DNA of 64,000 nucleotides. Source: Candidatus Thorarchaeota archaeon (GTDB taxonomy: Archaea; Asgardarchaeota; Thorarchaeia; Thorarchaeales; Thorarchaeaceae). The notes under the pieces were generated by a model. That model did no database searches and had not been told where the DNA came from. It was given only the letters and a program-made list of their open reading frames with translations. The DNA lies in NCBI GenBank assembly GCA_046758445.1, contig JBHIAE010000001.1:96001-160000 (forward strand), written 5' to 3'. Of this stretch, positions 30,601 through 40,002 are shown one piece after another. Made by a program: the position numbers and the translations under genes. How positions within the stretch are numbered: the first letter of the stretch is position 1; each line of letters opens with the position of its first letter.

Positions 30601-31478
30601 TTATGCAGAGATTCGCCCTGTTCAGCCCTGATACTCTCTTGCGATTTGCTATCGGGTTTCTCTTCAGATGTTTCTGTTTTGAGTTCGGAGTGTTTCCTGC
30701 TTTCCACAGATTCTTGGTCTTCAGGGTCCAAGGCCTCAGACTCTTCGGTTTCGTTCCCCCTCTCCGATAGTTCTTGTTCCTTCTCAGTCGCAGACGCACT
30801 GCCTTCGGGCAGGCCGGGTTTCTCCGACGGCTCCGTGTCTTCTTTCTGCGATTCACTTTCAGGTTCCGCTACAGTTTCGGAACCAGCGCTCTCGTTGGCG
30901 GAACTCTGTGTGGCGTACATCTGTCCGCTACCGTCATCGAAGTACGAATGATCATCCTCTGTTCTCCTCTGCCCTGTCTCTCCATCTCCCTCCTCATCGT
31001 CCCCCTCCTCCTTCCCATCAACTGATTCACCAATGTACTCCATGACGTCTTCGACGAATTGTTCACGCCAGCGTTTCTTCATATCTTCTGGGTCCACACC
31101 TCGCTTGTCAAATTCGTCAAGGATCTTCTTCTCGAGATCGTCGTACTTCTCCTTGTCAGCAGTTTCTTCTCTCTCTCTGCGAGCCTCTTCCCTAGCTTCC
31201 TCTCTCTCTAGTTCCCTCCTTCTGTAGTCTTCATATGCCTCTCGTCTTTCCTCTTCCTCACGTTCCAGGTCCTTTACGGCATCTTTGACGGAGTCCTCGG
31301 GCTCTTCGGGATACTCTTCTCCTTCTTGCTCTTGATTCTGATGGGTTTCTTCATCTTCCCTCTCTCTCTCAATCTGGTCTATAATCTCGCGCATCTGTCG
31401 TCGAATCTCTTCTTCGTCTTGAGACTCACGCTGACCTTCTTGTCCTCGTCTGCCTCGTTCACTTCCCTCCCCCATCAT
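27645..31478 (-). CDS. Giant protein: acidic low-complexity N-terminus, six HTH-like repeats, LAGLIDADG domain, terminal HTH
   Basis: E/D/R-rich first ~370 aa; repeated ...W-x2-3-G-x-x-P units; VIGFAVSDG and FVQGLADGDG motifs. Confidence 0.8.
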   Translation of the reverse strand: MMGEGSERGRRGQEGQRESQDEEEIRRQMREIIDQIEREREDEETHQNQEQEGEEYPEEPEDSVKDAVKDLEREEEERREAYEDYRRRELEREEAREEARREREETADKEKYDDLEKKILDEFDKRGVDPEDMKKRWREQFVEDVMEYIGESVDGKEEGDDEEGDGETGQRRTEDDHSYFDDGSGQMYATQSSANESAGSETVAEPESESQKEDTEPSEKPGLPEGSASATEKEQELSERGNETEESEALDPEDQESVESRKHSELKTETSEEKPDSKSQESIRAEQGESLHKEEYEHVKKHPESAEEKTNHDKGEEDSEATESDTESSDWPEHYSREDEDWQRYLREIFNELDEELKEAIREYLRGLVEDEEDFEKLARKHGLESMLEDEETMEEVENYLRFRKALKEQGDEETDIEELAGEFDLDQDTARDWSEGRSMPEALRRLLNREGDWLMGQLVRAHFEQDYPTSEEELEEAQNDPEIRQMVYFNEKLEEARAWIELSSMRKRGELDTIVRNGRERYRHDQIKELSLKYRIPEDEVLAWLRGERIPALVGRLAAKKTREKQLATFLPELNSKRIESYDQLESIIDRQFPGLRQNRNFSKWMKQAQIYFQVMSAFSEQDPIEDVDVSTIAKESGISANTARNWVLKGKLPTVFRYLNEVFKNQERVLNIRQQLGDVQSAEDVRRILEETGTSDSISLWPSAERQWSRLRLYFEALSFLESGMLQSDVDRKLRLKPTTTKRWVDGVLPWPVRIAAMPNSERSMIQSGKLTVNLHDFKIDGFTISSVSQLRGTISQSYSGLAKLEDIDSLIVDFGAYLDLFEAIGGRKTIRWSELRKAAEDIGVSAGKARRWVVDGGRPEICAQIERAARNRQVVAELRKKVPAGSMKGVLQLLDRIYIAPHLRSWSNYNEIEESCSKYYKFLDMYESGISQKAIAEALSLDESTVYHWTKSRLPRILRLLQGVPREEPVENWKWLPTRIDGQVFSDWVEVPETLTNVSDVLRVLRQMRMRFQDFMYVIGFAVSDGYVQITSKTSFSLRGLLSKSYTWSKQALDDVSSVFSRVKPNRILRIKRSKDEVWELFVSSPLFVWFREVVLGLNPSEKKTHVPFIGDWILASSEQSRIAFVQGLADGDGYASPVAQRAGISSISNGPFTQALLESLGVKSYLHPSGVEIVRHDSIRRAAQLPLFRNALGRTKSLSELCDMLAARPQRKRVTRQEIEIIRTLSESGLSPGQIGLHLWRTRGISRNIATIGRIVKRYRFASDGNSEAQQSS

Positions 31479-34400
31479 TCGCCCGTTTCTCCGTCAAGTG
31501 CCTTGGTAACATGATTGAACACATCCCGGTCCTTCTCGGTGTCAAGATATTCGAGCGCCAAGTCTAAGACGTATAGGTTTGAGAGTGAGCTTCCGCCACC
31601 ATGTATCTCTGAAGTCTTGCGAATCAGTTCCGTCAGTGCACCGATGTCCTCCTTGCCTAGGTTTTCGCGGAAGTATCTCTCAAACTCTCCACTCTCGACT
31701 GCAGCCCTCATCCGTTCTCTGCTTTCCCGAGGGATTCGGTGTGACCAATCGTGATTGTCCGGCACTCTTGTAGTCGTTAGAAGGTCCATTATGTCCTCAG
31801 GCAGGGGCTCTGACTCTCGAAACTCAGGGTGCTCATCGAAGACCCTACTCATGTGATTCTCGACGATGTCATCTCCTGTATCCTCCTCTGGAACCTCGCC
31901 ATGGATGAACCATCTCAGAGGGCAAATCTTCACGTTCTTGGGTTCTCCCTCGTGCTGAAGGTATATTACTGCCTCTCCTACCTGCATTCCTCCTATGTGG
32001 TCTATCTGAGAGGCAGTACATCTGGAATGCTTACCAACCATGGTCCTATCGTCTTCGTGAGGAAGAGCATGAATCACAAGATTGACGGGTATCTTGATTG
32101 CCTGAGAAACCAACGTGCTTGGGGACTGGTCGATGAGAATCACACCAAGTCCAGTTCCTCCGAGGACTCTCAGCATCTGAATGAAGGCACTGACGGCCTG
32201 CAGCCTAACGCCTGAGTTTGCCTCTCCAGATAAGTCAGACCCACCAAGAAGGTAGTGTGCCTCCTCCAAGACGAGCAGGTTTGTGACCCTCCTTGATGGA
32301 TTGGCCAGCTTGTATTCGCTCAGTGCAGCAGTCAGGACGCCAATGAGCAGGATCTTGTCGTTCTCAGACAGGTCGTCCATCTCAATGATGGTGGGATGAG
32401 CTAATAGCTCGGAAACGGTGATGCCTGTCGAAGTGTTGTACATTTTCACCAAGGAGGGTTTCCTAAGGATGCTCTTGACCCTTGCAACCAATGCGCCCCA
32501 GATATTGCTCGTGACCTCATCTCCGTAGGGCAGTTTCTCACCCACCTCTCTCACGGCATCCACTAGGTCAGTGAGAAGAATAGGTCTGCCCTTTGTGTTG
32601 GTTTCCAAGTCCCACCCGCATTTCTTGTAGACCGTATAGATCACATCCTCGATGTGCATGGAGATGACCTTCTCATTGGGCATCCAGAGTGTCCAGACCT
32701 GTACGACCCGGTCGACCCACTTGGTGAGCCGCACCCCCTCTGGCGGGTTCCAGATGTTGATTGAGAGGTTCGCCACATTGGTCCTTCCGCAGGTGAACAC
32801 TCGGAGGTCAGGAAAGAGCTTCAGTAACCATCTCCACTCATAGCCCTTTGATGGCACCAACACTACCGGATTCACGCCCAGAGTGATGGCCTGACCAATG
32901 ATGCTCTTGACCGAGGTTGATTTACCCATTCGCGTACCACCAAGAACACCGAGATGCATGTCCATATGGTCAGGCTCGCTTTTCACGTACACATTCGACT
33001 GGATGTTTCCGTTCTCGTCCATGGGATTTCCAAGATAGAGAGATGGTGAGCGCTTCTTCCACATGACAGTCGAGGGCACAAGCGATTCGAATGTACTTGA
33101 TTGGTACATAGTAGAGCTTGCTTTCTTGGAGGGTTCCCTAGTTCCTGATGAGAACTTCTCCCTCTTTGTGGTTCTGATACCAATGTCTCTTCTGGGAAGG
33201 ATGAGATAGACTGTGGCCTCTTCGGCGGTGAGAACAGACGACTTGCCAGTTGGGAGCCCATTCAGTAGTCTGGCGATCTCCTTGTCCTTTCGTCTGTAGT
33301 CAACGGTGAGCTCATCATCTCTGCTGCTGGGTCTGACCGTACCAGAGAGTGCGAAGGCGATTCGCCTGACCTCAAGGTCTGCTGAAGCAATGTCAGGGGC
33401 CCATGAAACCATTGAAACCGTCGTCTGGAACAGCTTCTGACTGGAGAGCCGTGCGTGACGTTTCTCTAATCGCTCCGCCTCCAGTTTCGCATCCAGATTG
33501 ACGACGGTCTTTGACTCTTGATGAGGTCCTGAGAACAGTCCGCCACTCTCTCTTATCTTGGTCGTCTGGGACCTCTCCTCGGCCTCTTCGTAACGGGCCT
33601 TCAGGGACCTCAACTTTCTCTTACTCACCTGAGTGGGCTCAAAAGAGACCTGAAACACTCCCCTCTCAAGGTCCTGCAAGACTCCTGTCATGGGGTCAAG
33701 CGGGTCTTTTCTCTGTGCCTCATCCCTGACAGACAGGGGTATACCGTTGACTATTGCAGCGGAGCCCTTGTCATCCTTCGCTAGGGCGAGTCCACTGAAG
33801 GAGTCCAAAACATCAAACTTGAACCCAGACAGGTTTTCCTTGAGAGCATCGTGCATTACAGTCCTCTGATGTTCAAGTAAGGCCTCATCCTTTGACCAAG
33901 TCAGGAAGAACACGCGTGTACGATTCCGAATGCGTTCGATACGCAGGGCGAAGGGAACAGCTGAGAGGCTTCGGATTATGTTGTGGAACTGCTCCACCAT
34001 GGTTGTCTGGTTGTTTCTTCCTTCTTCGTCGAAGGCGTAGTCGTGTGGTATCTCTTTGAGCTCAATGGCCAAGACCTTCTCCGGATCCCTCTTGAACATC
34101 ATCCCACCTGTGGAGTATGATTGCATTTTATCTCCTATCGATTTCGAGGAAGTGGTGATGAGCCCAGTTTTGGCAACGCCCGTCTTCCGACGAAGCAGAA
34201 GAGGGACGGTAAGTCCTATCATTGTCACAACTAGCACAGCAACATTGAGAGCGTTGCCAAAGAGAGGGACTGGTATCCAAGAAAGAAGGACAAGCGTCGC
34301 AAGTGCTATGCAGCCTACGCCTATCAGCAGACCAATGACTAGAGAGTAGAGCCAAGACCGCAGGTTTTTGGTCAGTAATAGGCTACCCGCTCCAAATAGA

Positions 34401-34588
34401 AAGACAAATCCAACAAGAAGCAAGGCATTGCCCGTCCACTGAGATGGCACCCATGGGAAGAGCAGGAGCAGAAACAAGACACCGGAAGCTGGAATAACTG
34501 TCAACAGCATTAGTAACAGACCTTTGAATGCCCAAGAAACCCATGAAGATGACCTCTCATCTGTCATGCACCCAACTCTCCTGGCCAT
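31475..34588 (-). CDS. Membrane-anchored VirB4/HerA-FtsK-superfamily ATPase
   Basis: Four N-terminal TM helices; Walker A GGTRMGKST; Walker B LVLEEAH; ILIDQSP. Confidence 0.85.
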   Translation of the reverse strand: MARRVGCMTDERSSSWVSWAFKGLLLMLLTVIPASGVLFLLLLFPWVPSQWTGNALLLVGFVFLFGAGSLLLTKNLRSWLYSLVIGLLIGVGCIALATLVLLSWIPVPLFGNALNVAVLVVTMIGLTVPLLLRRKTGVAKTGLITTSSKSIGDKMQSYSTGGMMFKRDPEKVLAIELKEIPHDYAFDEEGRNNQTTMVEQFHNIIRSLSAVPFALRIERIRNRTRVFFLTWSKDEALLEHQRTVMHDALKENLSGFKFDVLDSFSGLALAKDDKGSAAIVNGIPLSVRDEAQRKDPLDPMTGVLQDLERGVFQVSFEPTQVSKRKLRSLKARYEEAEERSQTTKIRESGGLFSGPHQESKTVVNLDAKLEAERLEKRHARLSSQKLFQTTVSMVSWAPDIASADLEVRRIAFALSGTVRPSSRDDELTVDYRRKDKEIARLLNGLPTGKSSVLTAEEATVYLILPRRDIGIRTTKREKFSSGTREPSKKASSTMYQSSTFESLVPSTVMWKKRSPSLYLGNPMDENGNIQSNVYVKSEPDHMDMHLGVLGGTRMGKSTSVKSIIGQAITLGVNPVVLVPSKGYEWRWLLKLFPDLRVFTCGRTNVANLSINIWNPPEGVRLTKWVDRVVQVWTLWMPNEKVISMHIEDVIYTVYKKCGWDLETNTKGRPILLTDLVDAVREVGEKLPYGDEVTSNIWGALVARVKSILRKPSLVKMYNTSTGITVSELLAHPTIIEMDDLSENDKILLIGVLTAALSEYKLANPSRRVTNLLVLEEAHYLLGGSDLSGEANSGVRLQAVSAFIQMLRVLGGTGLGVILIDQSPSTLVSQAIKIPVNLVIHALPHEDDRTMVGKHSRCTASQIDHIGGMQVGEAVIYLQHEGEPKNVKICPLRWFIHGEVPEEDTGDDIVENHMSRVFDEHPEFRESEPLPEDIMDLLTTTRVPDNHDWSHRIPRESRERMRAAVESGEFERYFRENLGKEDIGALTELIRKTSEIHGGGSSLSNLYVLDLALEYLDTEKDRDVFNHVTKALDGETGE

Positions 34589-34604
34589 TCATCCGGGTTC
34601 GGAG

Positions 34605-34877
34605 TCAGCTTGTCCAGCTCTCACAACCATCAGGGTCACAAAGTACCTGTTGGGACTTGAGCCCCTCGCTGACTGACTCAAGCCACTTCATGAAGAGCAG
34701 GGACTCACCAGTGTCATCGACCATGACATCGTACTCTACAGGGAGGTCGTACCTTGGAGCTGGCGTTCTCCTCACATCTGCACAGGCCTCACGGGTCACT
34801 GTGTAGCCTCGGTCTTTGCCGAGGTCTGACCAGTCGACCGGTGAATGACCGCTCTCGAAATCTACTGACATCTTCAC
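34605..34877 (-). CDS. Hypothetical protein
   Basis: 90-aa ORF with GGAGG upstream, co-oriented just before the ATPase. Confidence 0.5.
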   Translation of the reverse strand: MKMSVDFESGHSPVDWSDLGKDRGYTVTREACADVRRTPAPRYDLPVEYDVMVDDTGESLLFMKWLESVSEGLKSQQVLCDPDGCESWTS

Positions 34878-35597
34878 CTTCCTCCGACTCAGCAGGTCGC
34901 TGTCCGACCAGACTGAGACCTAGACCTAGGTTGTGTAGATACTTGCCCCTGTATTAGTTAAGTTGCACTATGATGTGGATTAGGCCCTCTCGCCGGTGCT
35001 TTCGGTGTAAAGACAGCCTCTGGTGGGTGTTGGAGGGTTAATCTCCTCTCATATGCCTCAAAGACTGTCACGGAACGGTCATAACCGACAGAGCCGCTCA
35101 GTGTCGTACTCAAGTGTACATGTTCGTCCGACGGACACTTCGATGAAAGGCCAGCTCTTCCATGAAGCGAGACAGAACCTCTACTAGGTTCAGTTTCTAG
35201 TCCTTGATTCTTGGCTGAGACCGTTTTGTGTGGTCCAAGATCTGACTAGTGAGTGCTTCAACCTGTTCCTGTTATCTTTGATGATGGGATTTGGGGGTTA
35301 CGATTACAAGTGAAAGAGTCCAGCAAGAGGGTTGGGTGAGTTCTGTTCTTCCTCCTGTTGTGTGTGGAGGTCGCTGACCTCACGATGACGTTCAGGCTGA
35401 TCACGACCATACTAGACCTAGAAGATGTAGTCCGGGTCATGGGGGTCGTCCTTATCGGTGTGATAGACACAGTATTGACCATCATGCTGTTGTTCGTAAT
35501 GGCGTCAGAAGTCTTCAGGTGTGACAGGGAAGTAATGTCTACACATACTATACCTCGGACATATACGCATATGCTCCACTGGACAAGTAAGGGCTGG

Positions 35598-35603
35598 TTT
35601 ATA
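35598..35603 (+). promoter_or_regulatory. TATA box of a probably leaderless gene at 35627
   Basis: TTTATA about 24 nt before the ATG. Confidence 0.5.
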
Positions 35604-35626
35604 GGGGAGCATATGGACTCAGAAGT

Positions 35627-36181
35627 ATGCAAGCCAAGACAAAAGAGCCTCTGGTGATTGAGCCCTCACTGGATGATCTCACCAGTGGACGGGTGAAGAG
35701 CCCCGAGATCATCACAATGACCGCCTCCACCTTCGGAGGTATTGGTGATGGGAAGGTCCAGAAGTATATGACCGAGTGGCGGCCTCACTACTCGGGATCA
35801 TCAAAGGGTGAGGTCCACTTCGACCACGGGGAGTTTGACACCGGCCGGAGGGTCTCAAGGATGATGCCCTGGCAGGTCCCTCAGCGTCACTGGGTCGCTG
35901 CGAACAAGGCTGGGGGAGTGATCTTCAACAGGAACCGATACAAGCTGGCACGGCTCTATGGGAGTAGGAGTAGGGACTCAGGGACCACGCTGCACCTTGC
36001 CACGGTTCGGGATGAGTCGGGTGAGGAGCATCTGGAGCTGTTCGCAGGCACCGCCGACGTTGAGCTGTGGGTAGTCCTCTCAGGCCTGATTCATGGAGAG
36101 AAGCTCACCATCGTTGATGTCAAGGAGATAAGTCCTAGACTTGCGAGACCTCACTTTTGGAGTGGTCTTTGGTTTCTCTGA
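35627..36181 (+). CDS. Hypothetical protein
   Basis: 184-aa ORF with TATA at leaderless spacing. Confidence 0.6.
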   Translation: MQAKTKEPLVIEPSLDDLTSGRVKSPEIITMTASTFGGIGDGKVQKYMTEWRPHYSGSSKGEVHFDHGEFDTGRRVSRMMPWQVPQRHWVAANKAGGVIFNRNRYKLARLYGSRSRDSGTTLHLATVRDESGEEHLELFAGTADVELWVVLSGLIHGEKLTIVDVKEISPRLARPHFWSGLWFL

Positions 36182-36650
36182 TAGCAGTCTTGAAGGCACG
36201 CAATACAACCTGACTCTTGGAGAAAGCATTGGTATCTCGGATAGCGTTGTAGTGACGATATCCTTCACCGTTTTCGAATTGTTCTTGGGTAGAATGATAG
36301 ACACCTTCATCAATGCCCTGGAGTTTCTGACGCAAGCTCCGACGCTTCTCCAGTTCCTACTAACGTTCGTTCTTCCAATAACCTTAATCAATGAAGGGGC
36401 TGTCACTCCAGTTCCATCCTTACCGAACGATTGGGAGAAACTCAGGAGGAATCTGCCGGGGAAGATTGACCGATGCAAGATATCTGTGGTGTTCGTTGTC
36501 GTTGGACTTCTGTCCTACATTCTTGGCCTTTCTGAGAATCTCACAATCGCTTCTGGACATTGGGGCTGGGTGTTGCTGTTTGGTGGGTCCTTTCTTGCCA
36601 TCGCTCTGCTCATGTGCGTGTTAGTTCTTATGGCTAAATCCAAGTTGTGA
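36141..36650 (+). CDS. Hypothetical membrane protein (start uncertain)
   Basis: Three hydrophobic segments in the C-terminal half. Confidence 0.5.
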   Translation: MRDLTFGVVFGFSDSSLEGTQYNLTLGESIGISDSVVVTISFTVFELFLGRMIDTFINALEFLTQAPTLLQFLLTFVLPITLINEGAVTPVPSLPNDWEKLRRNLPGKIDRCKISVVFVVVGLLSYILGLSENLTIASGHWGWVLLFGGSFLAIALLMCVLVLMAKSKL

Positions 36651-36660
36651 GGACCCCTTC

Positions 36661-37107
36661 TCAGTCCTCCGCAACTGCTCTCGGCATCAACTGCTTGGCT
36701 GCATCACGTTCCCTTCGATCCCATGCATACCGTGTGAACTCAGCCTCATCGACAAGGCTCCTGTACTCACTGAGAGCACCACCTAGTTTCCTAGCGGCCT
36801 CAACGAGCTCACCCCATGCCTCCATGTAGTCCTCGTCCAGTCCATCGATGTTGTACTCGATTGCGACATCATATCCGTGTGCCCCAAAGGAGGACTGCCA
36901 TCCTGCCATGTCTGCGAGGCTGAAGAGATGAGCACTCACGTCAAAGTAGGACTCATCGTCAAACATGACATAGGGCAGCATCGGCCTACGTTCTGGATGG
37001 TCCCGTGCCATCCCCGAACACGAGCTGGTCGTCGCAAACCCGAGCTCGTTCAGTTCCCTGATGTGACGCTTTATCGACTTGTCAACGCCCATGATGAAGT
37101 CGTCCAC
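36661..37107 (-). CDS. Hypothetical protein with Tyw3-like TTSSCSG motif
   Basis: IRELNELGFATTSSCSG; paralogous to 37135-37602. Confidence 0.65.
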   Translation of the reverse strand: MDDFIMGVDKSIKRHIRELNELGFATTSSCSGMARDHPERRPMLPYVMFDDESYFDVSAHLFSLADMAGWQSSFGAHGYDVAIEYNIDGLDEDYMEAWGELVEAARKLGGALSEYRSLVDEAEFTRYAWDRRERDAAKQLMPRAVAED

Positions 37108-37134
37108 TCTTTGATGCTCGTTCTCAGGGACCTC

Positions 37135-37602
37135 CTACAAGGCGGTCCACCACTCCACCTGGTCGTGCGCCCAGACAACATCCGGTCTCATGCCCTGTGC
37201 CACTCTCTCCAGATAAGGCCCAAGCCACTCCATCACTCCCTCCAGCGCTCCGAGAAGCATGGCCCACGCGTCAGTCCTCCAGTCCTCGATGCTGTCGTAC
37301 CCACAATCCTCATGCCATTCGAAGGGCTCGTAGAGTATGACATCGCCAGTGGACATCAGTTCGGGAATCCATACTGCAATGTCTGCGATTGTGAATAGGT
37401 GAGCCTCGATGCCGGGGTATGTCCTGTGGTCTATGACAACGTATGGGATGGTCTGTGAGTCGTTGCCTAGCCCAAGCCGCAGCCTCTTTGGGGTGAGTCC
37501 GACACCGCAGAAGACATTGAGCACGTACCTGAGATTCGCTAGCATTCTCGGGGTGAACTCAATGTCACTGACGGTCCCGCTAGTCACAATACTCACGCTC
37601 AC
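37135..37602 (-). CDS. Hypothetical protein, paralog of 36661-37107
   Basis: IPYVVIDHRTYPGIEAHLFTIADIAVW vs LPYVMFDDESYFDVSAHLFSLADMAGW. Confidence 0.65.
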   Translation of the reverse strand: MSVSIVTSGTVSDIEFTPRMLANLRYVLNVFCGVGLTPKRLRLGLGNDSQTIPYVVIDHRTYPGIEAHLFTIADIAVWIPELMSTGDVILYEPFEWHEDCGYDSIEDWRTDAWAMLLGALEGVMEWLGPYLERVAQGMRPDVVWAHDQVEWWTAL

Positions 37603-37981
37603 TCATTGTAGCTTCCCCCCGCTGCAGGTCACACTCATCACAAAGCTCTGGTGCCACCACACCCTTCTGAACCATGAACGGGTTGCCGCATTTACAGCGT
37701 GCCCAGTAGTAGCCCGGTCTGTCAGGCGGATAGAGTTCCATGTAGTCATCCTCCACTGGACCTCCGATGGTCCACCCCTCTCCCTTCAGTTGTCTGAAGT
37801 ACTCTGCATAGCCCGTCAGCGTGTCAATCACGTCGTCTATGGTCTTGCACTCGGCGCATATCCACTTAAAGCGATGGATCCTCGGGAAGCATGATAGGCA
37901 CTGACACTCTTCCATTGTCAATCCATTGTTCCGACAGACCCATTCCTCGATCAGGGGGTCGTATTCATTGGTCCTCTCCAT
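37580..37981 (-). CDS. Cys-rich (Zn-ribbon) hypothetical protein
   Basis: CQCLSC, CAEC, CKC...CDEC; GAGGT SD upstream. Confidence 0.65.
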   Translation of the reverse strand: MERTNEYDPLIEEWVCRNNGLTMEECQCLSCFPRIHRFKWICAECKTIDDVIDTLTGYAEYFRQLKGEGWTIGGPVEDDYMELYPPDRPGYYWARCKCGNPFMVQKGVVAPELCDECDLQRGEATMSEREYCD

Positions 37982-38717
37982 TAGACTACCTCACCCGTAT
38001 CATGACCTTCGCTCCAGTATGTGTAAGAGGAAGGCGCTAAGGATATTCAAACTACCCCCAGAAGGAAATGCGTCGCCGCACTTCTTCTCTCAGGAACACG
38101 CACCGTTTTGGAACCATAGGCCCACTAATCGCCACTCATAGGCCTCCTTTGTGCCCTCAGAGCGCTCTATACTCTCCCACCCTTGTCAGCTCCTACCATC
38201 TTACGCACCTAGTGGACCTAATTGCCCCTCGACTTTGGGGGTCCTTTTATGACATTCCAAGACATACAGGTCTGCCGCTTGCCTTAGTCCTAGTGGCTGT
38301 CATACTGACCCTGAGAGTCTGTCTTTCAAATGACGCCCAAGATCAACCATCAATCTGCCCGAGAATACCTGCCAGTCTTTCCAGCATGTGCAGTGTCAAG
38401 GTAATTGAGGAAAGACCGGTAGAGCCAACCATTCTTCGATTGGACTTCCATAGACAAGCTAAGGAGATGTTTCGGACTCCAAACGACATTGAATGTAGAT
38501 TGTTGCTCAATGAGTTCTTGTCTAGATTGTCCAGATCTTCGGACAGAGAGAGGTGCAGACTTACGACGGGGTCAGGAAAAACGGGAACTTGCCCTAGCCC
38601 ACATTGTTGAGCATCCTTTCATTTTGCACATGTCGCTCAAAGTTGTACTTCATTTGTCGCTTGCAAGAAAGACTCATTTGTATTCGAGATATTTGGCACG
38701 ATGAGTGGTGGGAAAGA

Positions 38718-39740
38718 ATGTCGTTACTTCCTGTTCTTTTCAGAATGTGCTGGAATACAAAGAAATGGCAGAAACCTAGTGGCGATTCCCGAGAAGGCAG
38801 CTATCTCCAAATGGGGGAGTTTGGACACGAGGAATGGAATTTCAAAACATCGGATGCTGTTGATGGATATATCTATGCTTATGTCCGGAGGAAACCTTCT
38901 GCTTCTAGAATAAGACAAGCAAAGGGTAGGTTTCTAGTCGGATTCTACACAAGGAATCCAAGCTCCCAGAAGTATGAATTGGTCGGGTTATATCACGATG
39001 CTAGAATCCCTACCGCTGAGAATCACGAACAGCTTTTCCAAGCTTTTGAAAGACGAGGTATTTTCAAAAGACGAGCAAAAGAAGTTGCTGATTTGAAGGC
39101 TTATTTTGATTATCAAGGCGCGCTCAAGAATCTTAAGACTGCAGTCAAAAACGGGGAGTATGTACTGAAGTGTCATGTTGAGAATGTACACTTGTTGTCC
39201 CATCCCATCGATGTTTCGCATTTGATTCCTGAGAAAGCTAGGTTCATGAATCCAGTATACCCTACTAAGATTCCTTTGCCAATAGATAGTTTCATAATTG
39301 TGGGTGAGGATGAAGTTTTAGACCGAGAATTAGAGATACTTGATAGTGTAGGCCAAGTTTCAGAAGACAATATGACCCAATACCTATCAGCACGCGCTCG
39401 GAGTATCAAGTCACCCCCAAAGATACAGAAAGCTGCAACGGCAGCATATCAAGTCGATGTGCGGCAATCAATATACCTGAAAAGGTTGGCCAAAGATAGA
39501 TGTCAGATTTGTGGCATACAGAAAAACAAGACATTGGGTTACTTTTGCGACACACACCACGTTACGCCCCTCGCTCGCGGAGGACACGATAGTCCTGGGA
39601 ATATTCTTGTAGTATGTCCAAATTGCCACAGGTCCATTCACCGAGAAATAATCACTGTGAAGTCTAGAACTAAGAAGCAAATAACACTGACTTCTGAAGG
39701 AACTGATGTGTCTCTTTCATTCATTGGTGTACATAGATAG
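38718..39740 (+). CDS. HNH endonuclease with uncharacterised N-terminal domain
   Basis: CQICG...THHVTPLARGGHDSPGNILVVCPNCHRSIH; AT-rich; start set at ATG 38718. Confidence 0.88.
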   Translation: MSLLPVLFRMCWNTKKWQKPSGDSREGSYLQMGEFGHEEWNFKTSDAVDGYIYAYVRRKPSASRIRQAKGRFLVGFYTRNPSSQKYELVGLYHDARIPTAENHEQLFQAFERRGIFKRRAKEVADLKAYFDYQGALKNLKTAVKNGEYVLKCHVENVHLLSHPIDVSHLIPEKARFMNPVYPTKIPLPIDSFIIVGEDEVLDRELEILDSVGQVSEDNMTQYLSARARSIKSPPKIQKAATAAYQVDVRQSIYLKRLAKDRCQICGIQKNKTLGYFCDTHHVTPLARGGHDSPGNILVVCPNCHRSIHREIITVKSRTKKQITLTSEGTDVSLSFIGVHR

Positions 39741-40002
39741 GTTATCAATCATTTCCCACGATTCCTACTAGGGCTCAAATGGCATCCCCTTTCCATGCAC
39801 ATCTCCTGTTCTAGTAGTTTAGAGCCCATCTTCAGTCTGGGGAGAAGGTGGAGAAGGCGAAACTACCTGCGTCCCTTATCTTCGTATGGTTACTCATATG
39901 AGAGTTTAGTGTTCCTCTTCCTCGAACTACAACCTGTGCCCGCAAGACCTTAAGAGGAGGGAATGCAGACGGGCGAACTGACGCCTAGAACGGGTGCAGT
40001 AA

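Noticed and set aside
35258-35657. Overlapping ORFs 35258-35632 (-) and 35358-35657 (+)
   Set aside because: Atypical composition, mutually overlapping and spanning the TATA box of 35627; likely spurious or a decayed remnant
38068-38704. ORFs 38068-38610 and 38489-38704
   Set aside because: No motifs and non-protein-like composition; treated as non-coding or degraded DNA
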